Origin: Octopus vulgaris
Lineage: Eukaryota
Assembly (NCBI GenBank): GCA_951406725.2
Contig: OX597839.1
Coordinates: 16,120,001-16,184,000 of the forward strand
Direction: 5' to 3'
DNA length: 64,000 nucleotides
Made by a program: the position numbers and the translations under genes. Shown here one piece after another: positions 28,901 through 38,100 of this stretch (the stretch's first letter is position 1; every line of letters starts with the position of its first letter). Under the pieces are notes generated by a model. That model saw only the letters and a list, made by a program, of their open reading frames with translations. It was not told the DNA's origin and did no database searches.

Positions 28901-31900
28901 AGCTTTTCATGTGGACTGGCACGAAAGCTTTTCATGTGGACTGGCACGAAAGCTTTTCATGTGGACTGGCACGAAAGCTTTTCATGGGGACTGGCACGAA
29001 AGCTTTTCATGTGGACTGGCACGAAAGCTTTTCATGTGGACTGGCACGAAAGCTTTTCATGTGGACTGGCAGGTAAGCTTTTCATGAGAACTGGCACGAA
29101 AGCTTTTCATGGGGACTGGCACGAAAGCTTTTCATGGGGACTGGCACGAAAGCTTTTCATGGGGACTGGCACGAAAGCTTTTCATGGGGACTGGCACGAA
29201 AGCTTTTCATGGGGACTGGCACGAAAGCTTTTCATGGGGACTGGCACGAAAGCTTTTCATGGGGACTGGCACGAAAGCTTTTCATGGGGACTGGCACGAA
29301 AGCTTTTCATGTGGACTGGCACGAAAGCTTTTCATGTGGACTGGCACGAAAGCTTTTCATGTGGACTGGCACGAAAGCTTTTCATGTGGACTGGCACGAA
29401 AGCTTTTCATGTGGACTCACGTGGACTGGCACGAAGCTTTTCATGAGAACTGGCACGTAAATATATATGTATATATAACACACATGCAATCAAATCAAAT
29501 CAAATCAAATCAAAATAGATGAACATAAATGGAATTTGTATCTTTTCATGGGGACTGGCACGAAAGCTTTTCATGTGGACTGGCACGAAAGCTTTTCATG
29601 TGGACTGGCACGTAAGCTTTTCATGTGGACTGGCACGAAAGCTTTTCATGTGGACTGGCACGAAAGCTTTTCATGTGGACTGGCACGAAAGCTTTTCATG
29701 TGGACTGGCACGAAAGCTTTTCATGTGGACTGGCACGAAAGCTTTTCATGTGGACTGGCACGAAAGCTTTTCATGTGGACTGGCACAGCTTTTCATGTGG
29801 ACTGGCACGAGCTTTTCATGTGGACTGGCACGAAAAGCTTTCATGTGGACTGGCACGAAAGCTTTTCATGTGGACTGGCAGCTTTTCATGTGGACTGGCA
29901 CGAAAGCTTTTCATGTGGACTGGCACGAAAGCTTTTCATGTGGACTGGCACGAAAGCTTTTCATGTGGACTGGCACGAAAAGCTTTCATGTGGACTGGCA
30001 CGAAAGCTGTGGACTGGCACTTTTCATGTGGACTGGCACGAGCTTTTCATGTGGACTGGCACGTAAGCTTTTCATGAGAACTGGCACGAAAGCTTTTCAT
30101 GTGGACTGGCACGAAAGTTTTCATGTGGACTGGCACGAAAGCTTTTCATGTGGACTGGCACGAAAGCTTTTCATGTGGACTGGCACGTAAGCTTTTCATG
30201 AGAACTGGCACGAAAGCTTTTCATGTGGACTGGCACGAAAGCTTTTCATGTGGACTGGCACGAAAGCTTTTCATGTGGACTGGCACGAAAGCTTTTCATG
30301 TGGACTGGCACGAAAGCTTTTCATGTGGACTGGCACGAAAGCTTTTCATGTGGACTGGCACGAAAGCTTTTCATGTGGACTGGCACGTAAGCTTTTCATG
30401 AGAACTGGCACGAAAGCTTTTCATGTGGACTGGCACGAAAGCTTTTCATGTGGACTGGCACGAAAGCTTTTCATGTGGACCGATACATAAGTTATGAAAA
30501 GTTAAGCCTTATGCTTAAGTAATCAAAAAGTTACATTGAATAATTTGTTTAAGACAGAAAATAAAGAAAAAAAAAACTTGCAGTAATTTCATTTTAAGGA
30601 TTCTGTTCTTTTCTTAAGCAGATTATCTAATTCAAAATATAACATAAAAGTTTTACCCTACCTGGATCATGTTCACCTTGGATTCTTCAGCTTCAAAGTT
30701 ATCAGATAGCTGAGACATTAAGTAACAGATCATCTTAAGAGCATTCAAGTGCTGCAATCTGCTGTTGTTGGGTATTGGAAATTTCTCAACCAAACATCGT
30801 AGCCCTCTCACAAATGAAGACATACCTATAGGGGGAAAACAAAAAAAACCTTGTATGCCAGTAATATTTCCTAGATAATTGTTACTAACAGACTTATTCA
30901 ACAATTCTTTTATGGGATCAGTATTAAATAATGGTACATCTGTCCCCATTTCATCAAGGGGGTTTGATGTTCCAAAAAGAAACAGTGATAAATGAATAAT
31001 TTCCAAGCTCTTTGTATATGGAACAAATAGAGTCATCTATACCAAACTTGTGTCAAAGATCCACTTAATTATTTGATGAGAAAAAAAAAGCAATTAGCAG
31101 ACTATAAAGTAAGTGGTTAATAAAATCAACCCACCATGATTAAAGCCCAGGAAAAGAAAAAAAGGAAGCTAAACATGTCTTACCTTTGAGAAGAACTTGC
31201 CAGACATTTTCACGCAGAGCCTGAGAAGATTCAGCATCAGAACTGATAAAGAAATAGTATATCTCAACATAATTTCATTTCATTGAATGGAAAATATATA
31301 TAAGAAAAAACAAAACAAAAAAAAACATACATACATATATGTATGTATGCATATGTAAAAGTATGTATATATGTGTGTATTTATATTTATGACTTAACCT
31401 TATGTACTTTCTAAAATCTCTGATGAAGCCTAGAGAAACACTCAAGCACCTCAATTTCATCTACTAATTACTTCAGTCAACTGGAGGGATAAAAGTAGCA
31501 TGAGGTATTTTTGCCTCTTGGCTGAAACAGCTGTAAGATATTATCCCAATTTCTATTGCTCTATGTTATATATTCTAATAATTATTGATATTTTTATATT
31601 TTATATATTATATATGTAAAGCATAACATGTTATACATGTATGCATATTGTTATAATTGTCCTTTTAGTAAATTAATTAACTGACATAATATAATGTCTA
31701 AAAGTTGATGAATACTACCTCTTGATCCCCTCCATTTTCTTATTGCTCTATAAATTAATGGTAAAATTTATTACACTCAGTAATGTAATTGCCATGCAAT
31801 GAAAAAACACTTGTGTATTAATAATTGGGTATTCTACCAGCTGTATATTGGATAGATATTATCCCTTAGTTGGTTGGATTCACAACCTAACTCTCTTGGA

Positions 31901-32184
31901 TTCATATATATATATATATAGATATATATATATAGATATATATATATATATATGGCACGGGCATGGTTGTGTGATTAGGGAGCTTGCTTCCTAGCTACAT
32001 GGTTTCGAGTTCAGTCTCACAGCGTGGCACTCTGGGAAAGTGTCTTCTGCTATAGCCCCGGGCCCACCGAAGCTTTGTGATTGAATTTGATAGGCAGAAA
32101 TTACTGTCATGTGTGTATATGTGTGCGTGTAGGTGCTTGTGCCTCTCCGAAAGAGAGAGATAGGGATAAATAAATAAATAAATA

Positions 32185-32225
<41 letters not shown>

Positions 32226-35125
32226 ACACACATGCAATATAATTATATAAACATGGTACTGACCAGACTATTGGATGTTGTTATACATCACTGGTCACAG
32301 TGTGCTTTGCAGTGTTTGAGCTTCTGAATGATGCCACCCTGCTAGCTAGATGAGCAGGCTAACATTCTCCCCTGATCAGAAGATTATTGCATCACAGGGC
32401 TACCAATTCACAGTTGAGTGAACAGGAACAATGTGAAATGAAGTCTTTTGCTCAAGAACACAACAAACTGCCCACTTCCGGGAATCAAACCCATGATCTA
32501 CCAATTGTGAGTGCAACACCCTAACCACTAGGCCATGTGCCTAATTATATAATAAGAACTAAAAATATTACTCACCACAGGATACTGAAAGGAACATTAA
32601 ATTGTTCTAAAATGGTCAGGTAACCCTCAGTTCGCATGGTCACTCTGAAGTCTATAAACAACAAAATAACATACCTAAATCATTTCTGGATTTTAATTCA
32701 ATTTGAAATTAATAAAGCAGTATATTTTTTTTTTTTTGGTTTTAACAAAACTCAGAAAGGAAAATGGATTTCAATAGAAAATTTTTCATAAAAGTTGTTT
32801 ATGGCTATATGGCTGGTGTAATAGCAGTGTACATGTGCGACAGAACACGAGTGTATTGAGGGAAAAGTTGGGCATAAGAGGAATTAGATGCAGTGTGCTG
32901 GTTTGGTCATGAGATGCATATAGATGTAGCCAGTTGCATACAGAAGTGCTGATCACTTAAAGTGGAGGGATCTTGTGGAAGAGGGAGACCTAGGAAGACA
33001 CGGGATGAAGTATTGAGGGCCGATTCCAAGGTACTGAGACATATGAAGGAGATGACTAAGGATTAAGATATTTAGCACACTGCCGTACTGAAGAAACCCA
33101 GTCTGCCACAGCAGAAATTGATACCAGTGCTGGTGCCACATTAAAAGCACTAACGCTGGTACCACATTAAAAGCACTAATGCTGGTATCACACTGAAAGC
33201 ACTAGTGCCACATTAATATCACTGGTGCTGACGGCGCATTAAAATCACTGGTGCTGGTGCCACATTAAAAGCACTAGTGCTGGTGCCACATTAAAAGCCC
33301 TAACGCTGGTACTACACTGAAAGCACTAGTGCCACATTAAAAGCCCTAAAGCTGGTACCACACTGAAAGCACTAGTGCTGGTGCCACATTAAAATCACTG
33401 GTGCTGGTGCCACATTAAAATCACTAGTGCTGGTGCCACATTAAAAGCACTAATGCTGGTACCACACTGAAAGCACTAGTGCTGATGCCACATTAAAATC
33501 ACTGGTGCTGACGCCACATTAAATGCACTAATGCTGGTACCACATTAAAAGCACCAGTGCTGATCCCACATTAAAAGCACTAGTGCTGATGCCACATTAA
33601 AATCACTGGTGCTGGTGCCACATTAAAAGCACTATTGCTCATTTATCTCCTCAAACAAGTTCAAGCTGACCTCGACACTTGTAAGCCACTGAGGGAGCTT
33701 TTGTGTGGTAGCTCAATCTGCAAGAAATAGCAACCAGATCTCTCTTAAATTACATTACCTCTTTAGTGTTCAGATTACACTGTCAAATGTAATGCTTGTT
33801 TATTCACATTGTTTTGAGTTTATCCTGCATTACCTTGTAGCTTTTGATATTTCAATGTTGTGATTGCTTATGTTTAAAATATTCAAGAGTAAGTGTGAGA
33901 GGCCAGGTCTGGTCAGTTTGAATATAAAGCAAGTATTTTGGCCGGATATGGCCAGTTAAAAAAGGGTTAAGGGTTAAACTGTACAAGGTGAAGATGTTTA
34001 TAACGGAAAAGCTGTCATCACGTCTGCTCCATCATGGCCTAAACAGCAAAAGACAGCTCACCACTGAGAGAGAGTGATCTGCACTAAACTATGGTGCCTA
34101 TTTACACTAAGTAAATCTAATCAGCAGGAGTTAAATAATTCAAACAAAAATGTACCAAGTGAAATCATCTGAGTGGCCAGTGGTATGTAGACAAATATAG
34201 ATACATCAAATACAATATAAATTTTCTGTTTTTAAAATTATCAATGCCTCCAGAGAAATGGTCCTCAACCACAGTATCCAGGGATGGATGCAGCTCTCAA
34301 ACATTTTTATGGTAGCTCTCAACGGTCTTCCCATTATAAATAGAAATTTTTCTTTAGCACATTAGCGCCCATGGTCCTTTTTTTTTTAAGGACCAGAAGG
34401 ACAATCCATCATATTTCTGAAACACCTGTATTTTTCTGAGATATCTTTAATTAATCAACAAGACTGCAGTGTCTTTCAAATATTGTAATAAAATTATTTT
34501 TTATATATTTAGTATCAGGTAAAGTTGTATAAAAAAAATTTTTTTGTTAATAAATTAAATTTTAAAATTTGGACACTAATGGGTTGACTTGTTTTAATTT
34601 TCTTGTGAAGGCCTCCTAAAAAAAATCCAAGCTTTGGATCTGGCCCAGATATTAAAAAAGTTGAGAACAACTGCTCTCGAGGTTGTATCATAATTACCAA
34701 GTGACAATTAAGACCAGCTCCACTTGAAAAGGGGAGATAATTACAAGATTCAAGAATTCTCCAAAGTTGACATACCGTCAAAGAGTAGGGCAGGAGAAGA
34801 GGACAGTCATGGACATGTTTCTAGCTAAATAGCTGCCATCAATAAAAACAATTGTCCAACCTTATCTCCAGTAATGAGCAATGAAACTAAACCCAGCCTG
34901 TTGAACACTAAGATGGATGAACTACCATTTCTAACACTCCACTGTCATTCCTGCCAAACCATTGTTATTCTCTCTAAAACACTGAAAAGATGAACTCGAT
35001 TGCTTACTTTCCAAGGCTCCAGGCAAATGCCTAAAGCCAATAAGTTCAACAACATACTGATTAGCTGTACTGCGTCGTAAGAGATCATTCCTGCAGATGG
35101 GAAGATGGAATTCAAATGTTTCCAT
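1540..35125 (-). CDS. NCAPD2: Condensin complex subunit 1 (CAP-D2/Cnd1), 5' part of a multi-exon gene; continues beyond window start
   Basis: 15 exons assembled by hand, all GT-AG and phase-compatible: 35008-35125, 32576-32651, 31184-31242, 30662-30825, 25541-25686, 23804-23925, 22459-22582, 20166-20313, 16673-16795, 14767-14841, 12660-12794, 9917-10001, 8222-8354, 6044-6166, 1540-1613 (1705 nt). Translation includes METFEFHLP..DLL, HLNALKMICYL, LWDPPIAEENFINLIISCCYNLLQNP, MRNCIL, HVHDVHAFVRSKVLQIW and GRLNDKAANVRRYSIQLLTALLQMNPF, which I recognise as CAP-D2 motifs. Confidence 0.95.
1865..2241 (-). mobile_element. tRNA-headed SINE (Arg-like head). The same head occurs with different bodies at 8812-9100(-), 56376-56675(+) and 63323-63400(+)
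   Basis: A box TGGCCCAGTGG, B box GGTTTCGATTCC, anticodon arm GGACTCGCGGTC. Confidence 0.85.
2942..3329. mobile_element. MITE with TIR GGATCTTTTCGGTTTGAACGGCAG and internal CCCTAA motifs. Other copies: 24106-24515; partial at 6568-6735 and 38990-39105
   Basis: Terminal inverted repeats visible at both ends of two copies. Confidence 0.8.
3864..4276 (+). mobile_element. SINE family (GCTGGCAGAA..GTTCAAAT..GTCGACTTTGCCTTTCATCC) with tandemly duplicated 3' half. Other copies: 11792-11997(+), 22845-23070(-), 37932-38145(-)
   Basis: Near-identical ~170-bp blocks at 3922-4095 and 4108-4276. Confidence 0.85.
5473..5705. repeat. ~42-bp minisatellite (5-6 units, GAGTGTTGGGCCTCATGGAGGCGAGGTGGTTGAGTTCCTTT-like) leading into an RTE 3' end
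   Basis: Tandem diverged units; the last unit runs into GGCCTCATGGAGGCAATGACT and then the RTE 3'-UTR ending in (GAT)n at about 5955. Confidence 0.75.
6044..6166 (-). CDS. NCAPD2: NCAPD2 coding exon 14
   Basis: CAG|IMNTIVSTIDEKDYNKSRLYMLAANTIWPDVFVLDLPQSD|GTATG, phase 2-2. Confidence 0.8.
8222..8354 (-). CDS. NCAPD2: NCAPD2 coding exon 13
   Basis: CAG|..PDLVLMKEKWSSHENAMMEVFEEL..DDDTSD..|GTAAG, phase 1-2. Confidence 0.8.
9290..9662 (+). mobile_element. CR1-like LINE 3' end; second copy at 44987-45280 (-)
   Basis: NTRGHIYKV..RKHFFTLRVAEAWNKL C-terminal motif and (ATT)n tail. Confidence 0.8.
9917..10001 (-). CDS. NCAPD2: NCAPD2 coding exon 12
   Basis: TAG|LQYEDLIESYRQEKEKLDKMLEENSSSE|GTTAG, phase 0-1. 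Confidence 0.85.
10294..10587 (-). mobile_element. Non-autonomous Helitron
   Basis: Minus strand begins A|TCTTTATATATAAAAG and ends with a short hairpin then CTAG|T. Confidence 0.8.
12660..12794 (-). CDS. NCAPD2: NCAPD2 coding exon 11
   Basis: CAG|CLPLSHQEELTGLVVGRLNDKAANVRRYSIQLLTALLQMNPFAHK|GTTTG, phase 0-0. Confidence 0.92.
13486..13525 (-). ncRNA. Minimal type-I hammerhead-like motif in a Penelope-like element at ~13360-13960
   Basis: CCA-CTGATGA-G-GTCAC-agaaat-GTGAC-GAAA-GAAC-TC-TGG. Confidence 0.65.
14767..14841 (-). CDS. NCAPD2: NCAPD2 coding exon 10
   Basis: TAG|DHVHDVHAFVRSKVLQIWLEIVQQQ|GTCAG, phase 0-0. Confidence 0.92.
15140..15172 (+). ncRNA. Minimal type-I hammerhead-like motif (U4C variant)
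   Basis: TTT-CCGACGA-A-GAGC-tct-GCTC-GAAAC-GTT-AAA. Confidence 0.55.
16673..16795 (-). CDS. NCAPD2: NCAPD2 coding exon 9
   Basis: TAG|SSIMRNCILCVIKEIIVNVLSSENLEASLKKTKDQFFTILK|GTAAG, phase 0-0. Confidence 0.9.
16916..18035. mobile_element. Palindromic hammerhead-bearing element split by the RTE insertion (arms 16916-17033 and 17034-17103 plus 17998-18035)
   Basis: Arms are reverse complements; (C/T)TGATGA near the centre and GAAAC about 60 nt further out in each arm; (TA)n flank. Confidence 0.7.
17104..17980 (-). mobile_element. 5'-truncated RTE-clade LINE (ORF C-terminus, repetitive 3'-UTR, (GAT)n tail)
   Basis: RRLRWYGHVVRM..GRPRKTWDEVV at 17777-17980, then internal GTGCCGGTGGCACGTAAAAAGCACC repeats and the GACATTAAACGATGATGAT tail. 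Confidence 0.9.
18051..18280. mobile_element. Palindromic element of the same family as 63800-64000, with one G3-C8 hammerhead-like motif (18158-18202 +); most of the motif in the other arm is deleted
   Basis: Inverted arms GCAGTGTGGAAGG..CCTTCCATGCTGC; motif GTCA-GTGAACA-G-GTTGC..GCAAC-GAAAATATTT-TGAC. Confidence 0.75.
20166..20313 (-). CDS. NCAPD2: NCAPD2 coding exon 8
   Basis: TAG|EIGRLDSKEISNNSSGTKAYATFLVDLSAKIPQAVFQNISVLMPCLEMD|GTAAG, phase 2-0. Confidence 0.9.
21527..22011. mobile_element. ~485-bp near-perfect palindrome; each arm is a tRNA-like Pol III head plus a hammerhead-like tail
   Basis: Arms are reverse complements centred at about 21769. A box TGGCGTAGTGG at 21777-21787, B box GTTCGATTCC at 21822-21831, CTGAAGA..GAAAC motifs at 21917-21963(+) and 21575-21620(-). 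Confidence 0.85.
22459..22582 (-). CDS. NCAPD2: NCAPD2 coding exon 7
   Basis: CAG|..SLRILQLLQRHEHTISSLVQITEIIVTKYGATNIVFEIM|GTTGG, phase 1-2. Confidence 0.9.
23804..23925 (-). CDS. NCAPD2: NCAPD2 coding exon 6
   Basis: CAG|LIISCCYNLLQNPSITRQKETKEVIGNILGVLVKRHNRAL|GTAAT, phase 2-1. Confidence 0.9.
25541..25686 (-). CDS. NCAPD2: NCAPD2 coding exon 5
   Basis: TAG|GRKKKSADAFQTIDWLYEKE..LDLDKLWDPPIAEENFI|GTGAG, phase 0-2. Confidence 0.9.
26255..30480. repeat. 25-bp tandem satellite/minisatellite (unit GGACTGGCACGAAAGCTTTTCATGT/G), roughly 165 copies, intronic
   Basis: Directly visible tandem array with a HindIII site (AAGCTT) in most units; interrupted at about 29459-29545. Confidence 0.98.
30662..30825 (-). 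CDS. NCAPD2: NCAPD2 coding exon 4
   Basis: TAG|..MSSFVRGL..RLQHLNALKMICYLMSQL..MIQ|GTAGG, phase 1-0. Confidence 0.9.
31184..31242 (-). CDS. NCAPD2: NCAPD2 coding exon 3
   Basis: CAG|..SDAESSQALRENVWQVLLK..|GTAAG, phase 2-1. Confidence 0.85.
31416..31539 (+). ncRNA. Type-I hammerhead ribozyme-like motif (intact core) in a Penelope-like element at ~31370-31930
   Basis: ATCT-CTGATGA-AGCC..GGCT-GAAAC-AGCT-GTA-AGAT: stem I ATCT/AGAT, long stem II, palindromic stem III, GUA site at 31533-31535. Confidence 0.7.
32576..32651 (-). CDS. NCAPD2: NCAPD2 coding exon 2
   Basis: TAG|..NFRVTMRTEGYLTILEQFNVPFSIL..|GTGAG, phase 1-2. Confidence 0.85.
32790..33120 (+). mobile_element. Degenerate RTE LINE 3' fragment
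   Basis: Decayed LREKLGIRGIRCSV..WFGH..M..GRPRKT-type coding sequence. Confidence 0.7.
33125..33640. repeat. ~26-bp minisatellite (GTGCTGGTGCCACATTAAAAGCACTA) at the 3' end of an RTE fragment
   Basis: About 20 diverged tandem units directly after the RTE-like sequence at 32790-33120. Confidence 0.9.
35008..35125 (-). CDS. NCAPD2: NCAPD2 coding exon 1 (ATG at 35125; acceptor AG at 35130-35131 implies an upstream non-coding exon)
   Basis: METFEFHLPICRNDLLRRSTANQYVVELIGFRHLPGALE followed by donor GTAAG. Confidence 0.9.
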
Positions 35126-38100
35126 TTTTCTATAAAAAAAGAAAAGAATTATCACATTATTATATATGACAATGTTTATATGATACAATTTTTTAAAAAA
35201 TTTATATAAAATAAAATTCTGAGACGATTAAATTTCTTTCAAAATATACCCAACTGCAACAATCTACTCTCTTATAGTGAACAGTCATTGCAAATAAATG
35301 CTTTCTTTCAGTTGTGACCAAATTTCTGTATAGCAACATGTATGCCAATAGGTATCTATATATCATCATCATCACCATCGTTATCATTTATCGTCTACCT
35401 TCTATGCTGGCATGGGTGGGACGGTTCGACAGAAGCTGGCCACACCCAAGCCTGCATTAGACTTCAGTGACTTTTGGTGGGATAATTACAGCAGGAAGCC
35501 CTTCCTAATATCAACCACCCAGCAGAGTGGACTTTTTATATGGCACAAGCCTAGACAAGATCAGCTGGATGCCCTTCCAAATGCCAGCCACTTTACAGGG
35601 TGAACTGGATGTTTTTTAAGTGGCACCTGTACTGACAGGGTCACCAAGCAACCTGTAAGACAAATATCTTTTGAAAGGGGAGAAAGCATTGGAGGAGAAT
35701 TCTTTTGAAAATATTTTTGAAAAAAAATTAAACTAATGAACTTTTACATTAACCCTTTGCCTGGCCTGTGCACCACATGTGATACACAGGCCATATTTCC
35801 CAGGCATCCATATATGATACACAATTCCAATTTTTTCAACTACCAGAATAACTTAAGACTTATGAAAAGGAAAGCATTAATATTACTCAGAATGTATGAC
35901 ACTAAATATCTGAAAACAAGCATGGAGGTTTAGGACAAATATACAAAAATATTTTGGACAGGCAAAGAGTCAGTTCTATATTTGGAATTAAGTTCACAAA
36001 AAAATTCCTACATAAAAAAGTATGTTGAAAGATTTTAATTCACATAAAATAGTTCGTGTGCTTGGAAGGGCATAAACTAACAGAAACCAAGCAGTGGTCT
36101 GATCAAAACACACACTATAACTGGCTGTAACTTTTGTTTTCATAAATTGTACACACACAACTTTTTCATAATTTGTATATCCATACACAAAATAAAGGAA
36201 ATTATCATTATTTTCCTTGCACTGTATGAATGCCCGAAATTAGTTCCAACTTTTTCTTATTTTTGATTTCGAAAAATATTTTTAAATATATTCTGAACAA
36301 TTTTTGGCATACCTACATAAGTGTGCCACTCCTCCAACATTGTTAACTCACAACTTCCACAAAAATGGATGCTTTTTAATGAAATCTTCTACAAATAGTC
36401 TTTAGATGATGTAGATTCCGATTATAAAGGAATTTGTTGTGAATAAGGATTTCGATGAGTGGGGGAAAGTCACATGAGTTGGTGTTGTTTTCTTATGTGT
36501 GGTCAGAATGCATGTGTACGAGACTACCTATTGTTTTCATATTAACTTCTGATATAATCTTAATCTATACACCCAAGATTTTTCTTGATTAAAAAATGTC
36601 CATTTTCGGAAAATCGTGAGGAAACAAAGCCGACTCGTGAGAATTTTCCGAAACTCCTCACTCCACCCCCAGAAAACACTTTTCACAACATATTCCGATA
36701 TAATCGGAATCTACACCATCTGAAGCATATTTGTAGAAAATTTCATTAAAAAAAGTATCCATTTTTCTGAAAATTATGACGAAATAAAGTTTGGAATATG
36801 GGGGAGGGGACACTTGTGTACGGGTATACCCAATTTTTATTGTTTTTACACAGAAAGAAAGAAAGAAATCTTTAAAAAATGGGGATTTCAAATGGAGTAG
36901 GTGAGAGTGAACTAAAAACGAACAAACAAAAATTAATGCAATTTGCAAGTCTGAGTAGAATATTATATAAATGACGGAGGAAGTGGAGGTGCTATGACAT
37001 TTTTTCTCTCCAAAAATTATGCGGATTGCAGGTATTAAGAATTGTGCGATGCAATAAAATAAAAAAAAAAAAAAAAAGATTAGTGATAGCTGTTGTCGTG
37101 TGAAGGAACGACGGAAGATGCTGAGAGCAGACGTTTAATAAAAAAAAAAAAACGGATTTTTAGGGCTGGGGGGAGGATTGAAGGGAGCTCTCCATTGTTT
37201 TGAAATGTGGGATACAAAAAAAAAATCCCCACATAAACGGAGAAATTCTTGGGTGGGACAATTGTTTTTATACAAGATGATTGGAAGCAATTAAGGAAGA
37301 TTTCCAGAGGTTCGAGGTCACCTTAGAAGATGCAGAGGAGCTGACAGCGATGGAGAGCACTTGGTGAGAGTGGACCTCGCCGGCTCTCCGCATGATGACG
37401 AACACAGATAAAAGGGCGGGGTTGTGATCGAAGCACACCATTTAACCCGTCGGACTGTCTGTATTTTAAAACTTTTAGTAAAGAAAGAAAAACTGGGGAA
37501 AAAAAGTCAAAATTTTAGGATTTATGAAGGGTTTTTAAACTCAATATTTACATGTTATTATTTATAACGTGTTTCAAGATCCACAATTTCCAAAAAAAAA
37601 AAGAAAGAAAAAAAACGTTCTTTTGTTCTTTTGAGAGTTTATAAACTCTAATATCAGCTACACACATGCATCTTGTATTGGGAAACGAGACATCAGAAGT
37701 TTAGCTGAATGCATTCGAAATGCCGAGATGATATTCATAGAGAAACTAGAAAATTTCTTGGGAGATGTTTTGCGTGTGTGACAGAAAAAGCAAATCGGAA
37801 GGCTTCTATGACGATGAAGACGATTTAAAGTAAAGATGAAAAAAGAAGGGCGCAATCAATAATGGGAAGCTCATTGTGACCAGCGATGTATAACAACATC
37901 CGATAAGTCTAACCTACACAGTGATATATATATTTCTTTACTACCCACAAGGGGCTAAACACAGAGGGGACAAACAAGGACAGAGAAACGGATTAAGTCG
38001 ATTACATGGACCCCAGTGCGTAACTGGTACTTAATTTATCGACCCCGAAAGGATGAAAGGCAAAGTCGACTTCGGCGGAATTTGAACTCAGAACGTAACG

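Noticed and set aside
26255-30480. CRISPR-like array
   Set aside because: Units are contiguous with no unique spacers, there are no cas genes, and the context is eukaryotic
26186-30490. Long repetitive ORFs (up to 370 aa, GLARKLFMWTGTKAFH..)
   Set aside because: By-product of a 25-bp unit that lacks stop codons on the plus strand; overlapping in all frames, antisense and intronic to NCAPD2
30826-31183. U85/SCARNA10 orthologue in an early NCAPD2 intron
   Set aside because: TTGATGA and CTGA are present on the minus strand, but there is no canonical 5' C box and I could find no U5-complementary guide
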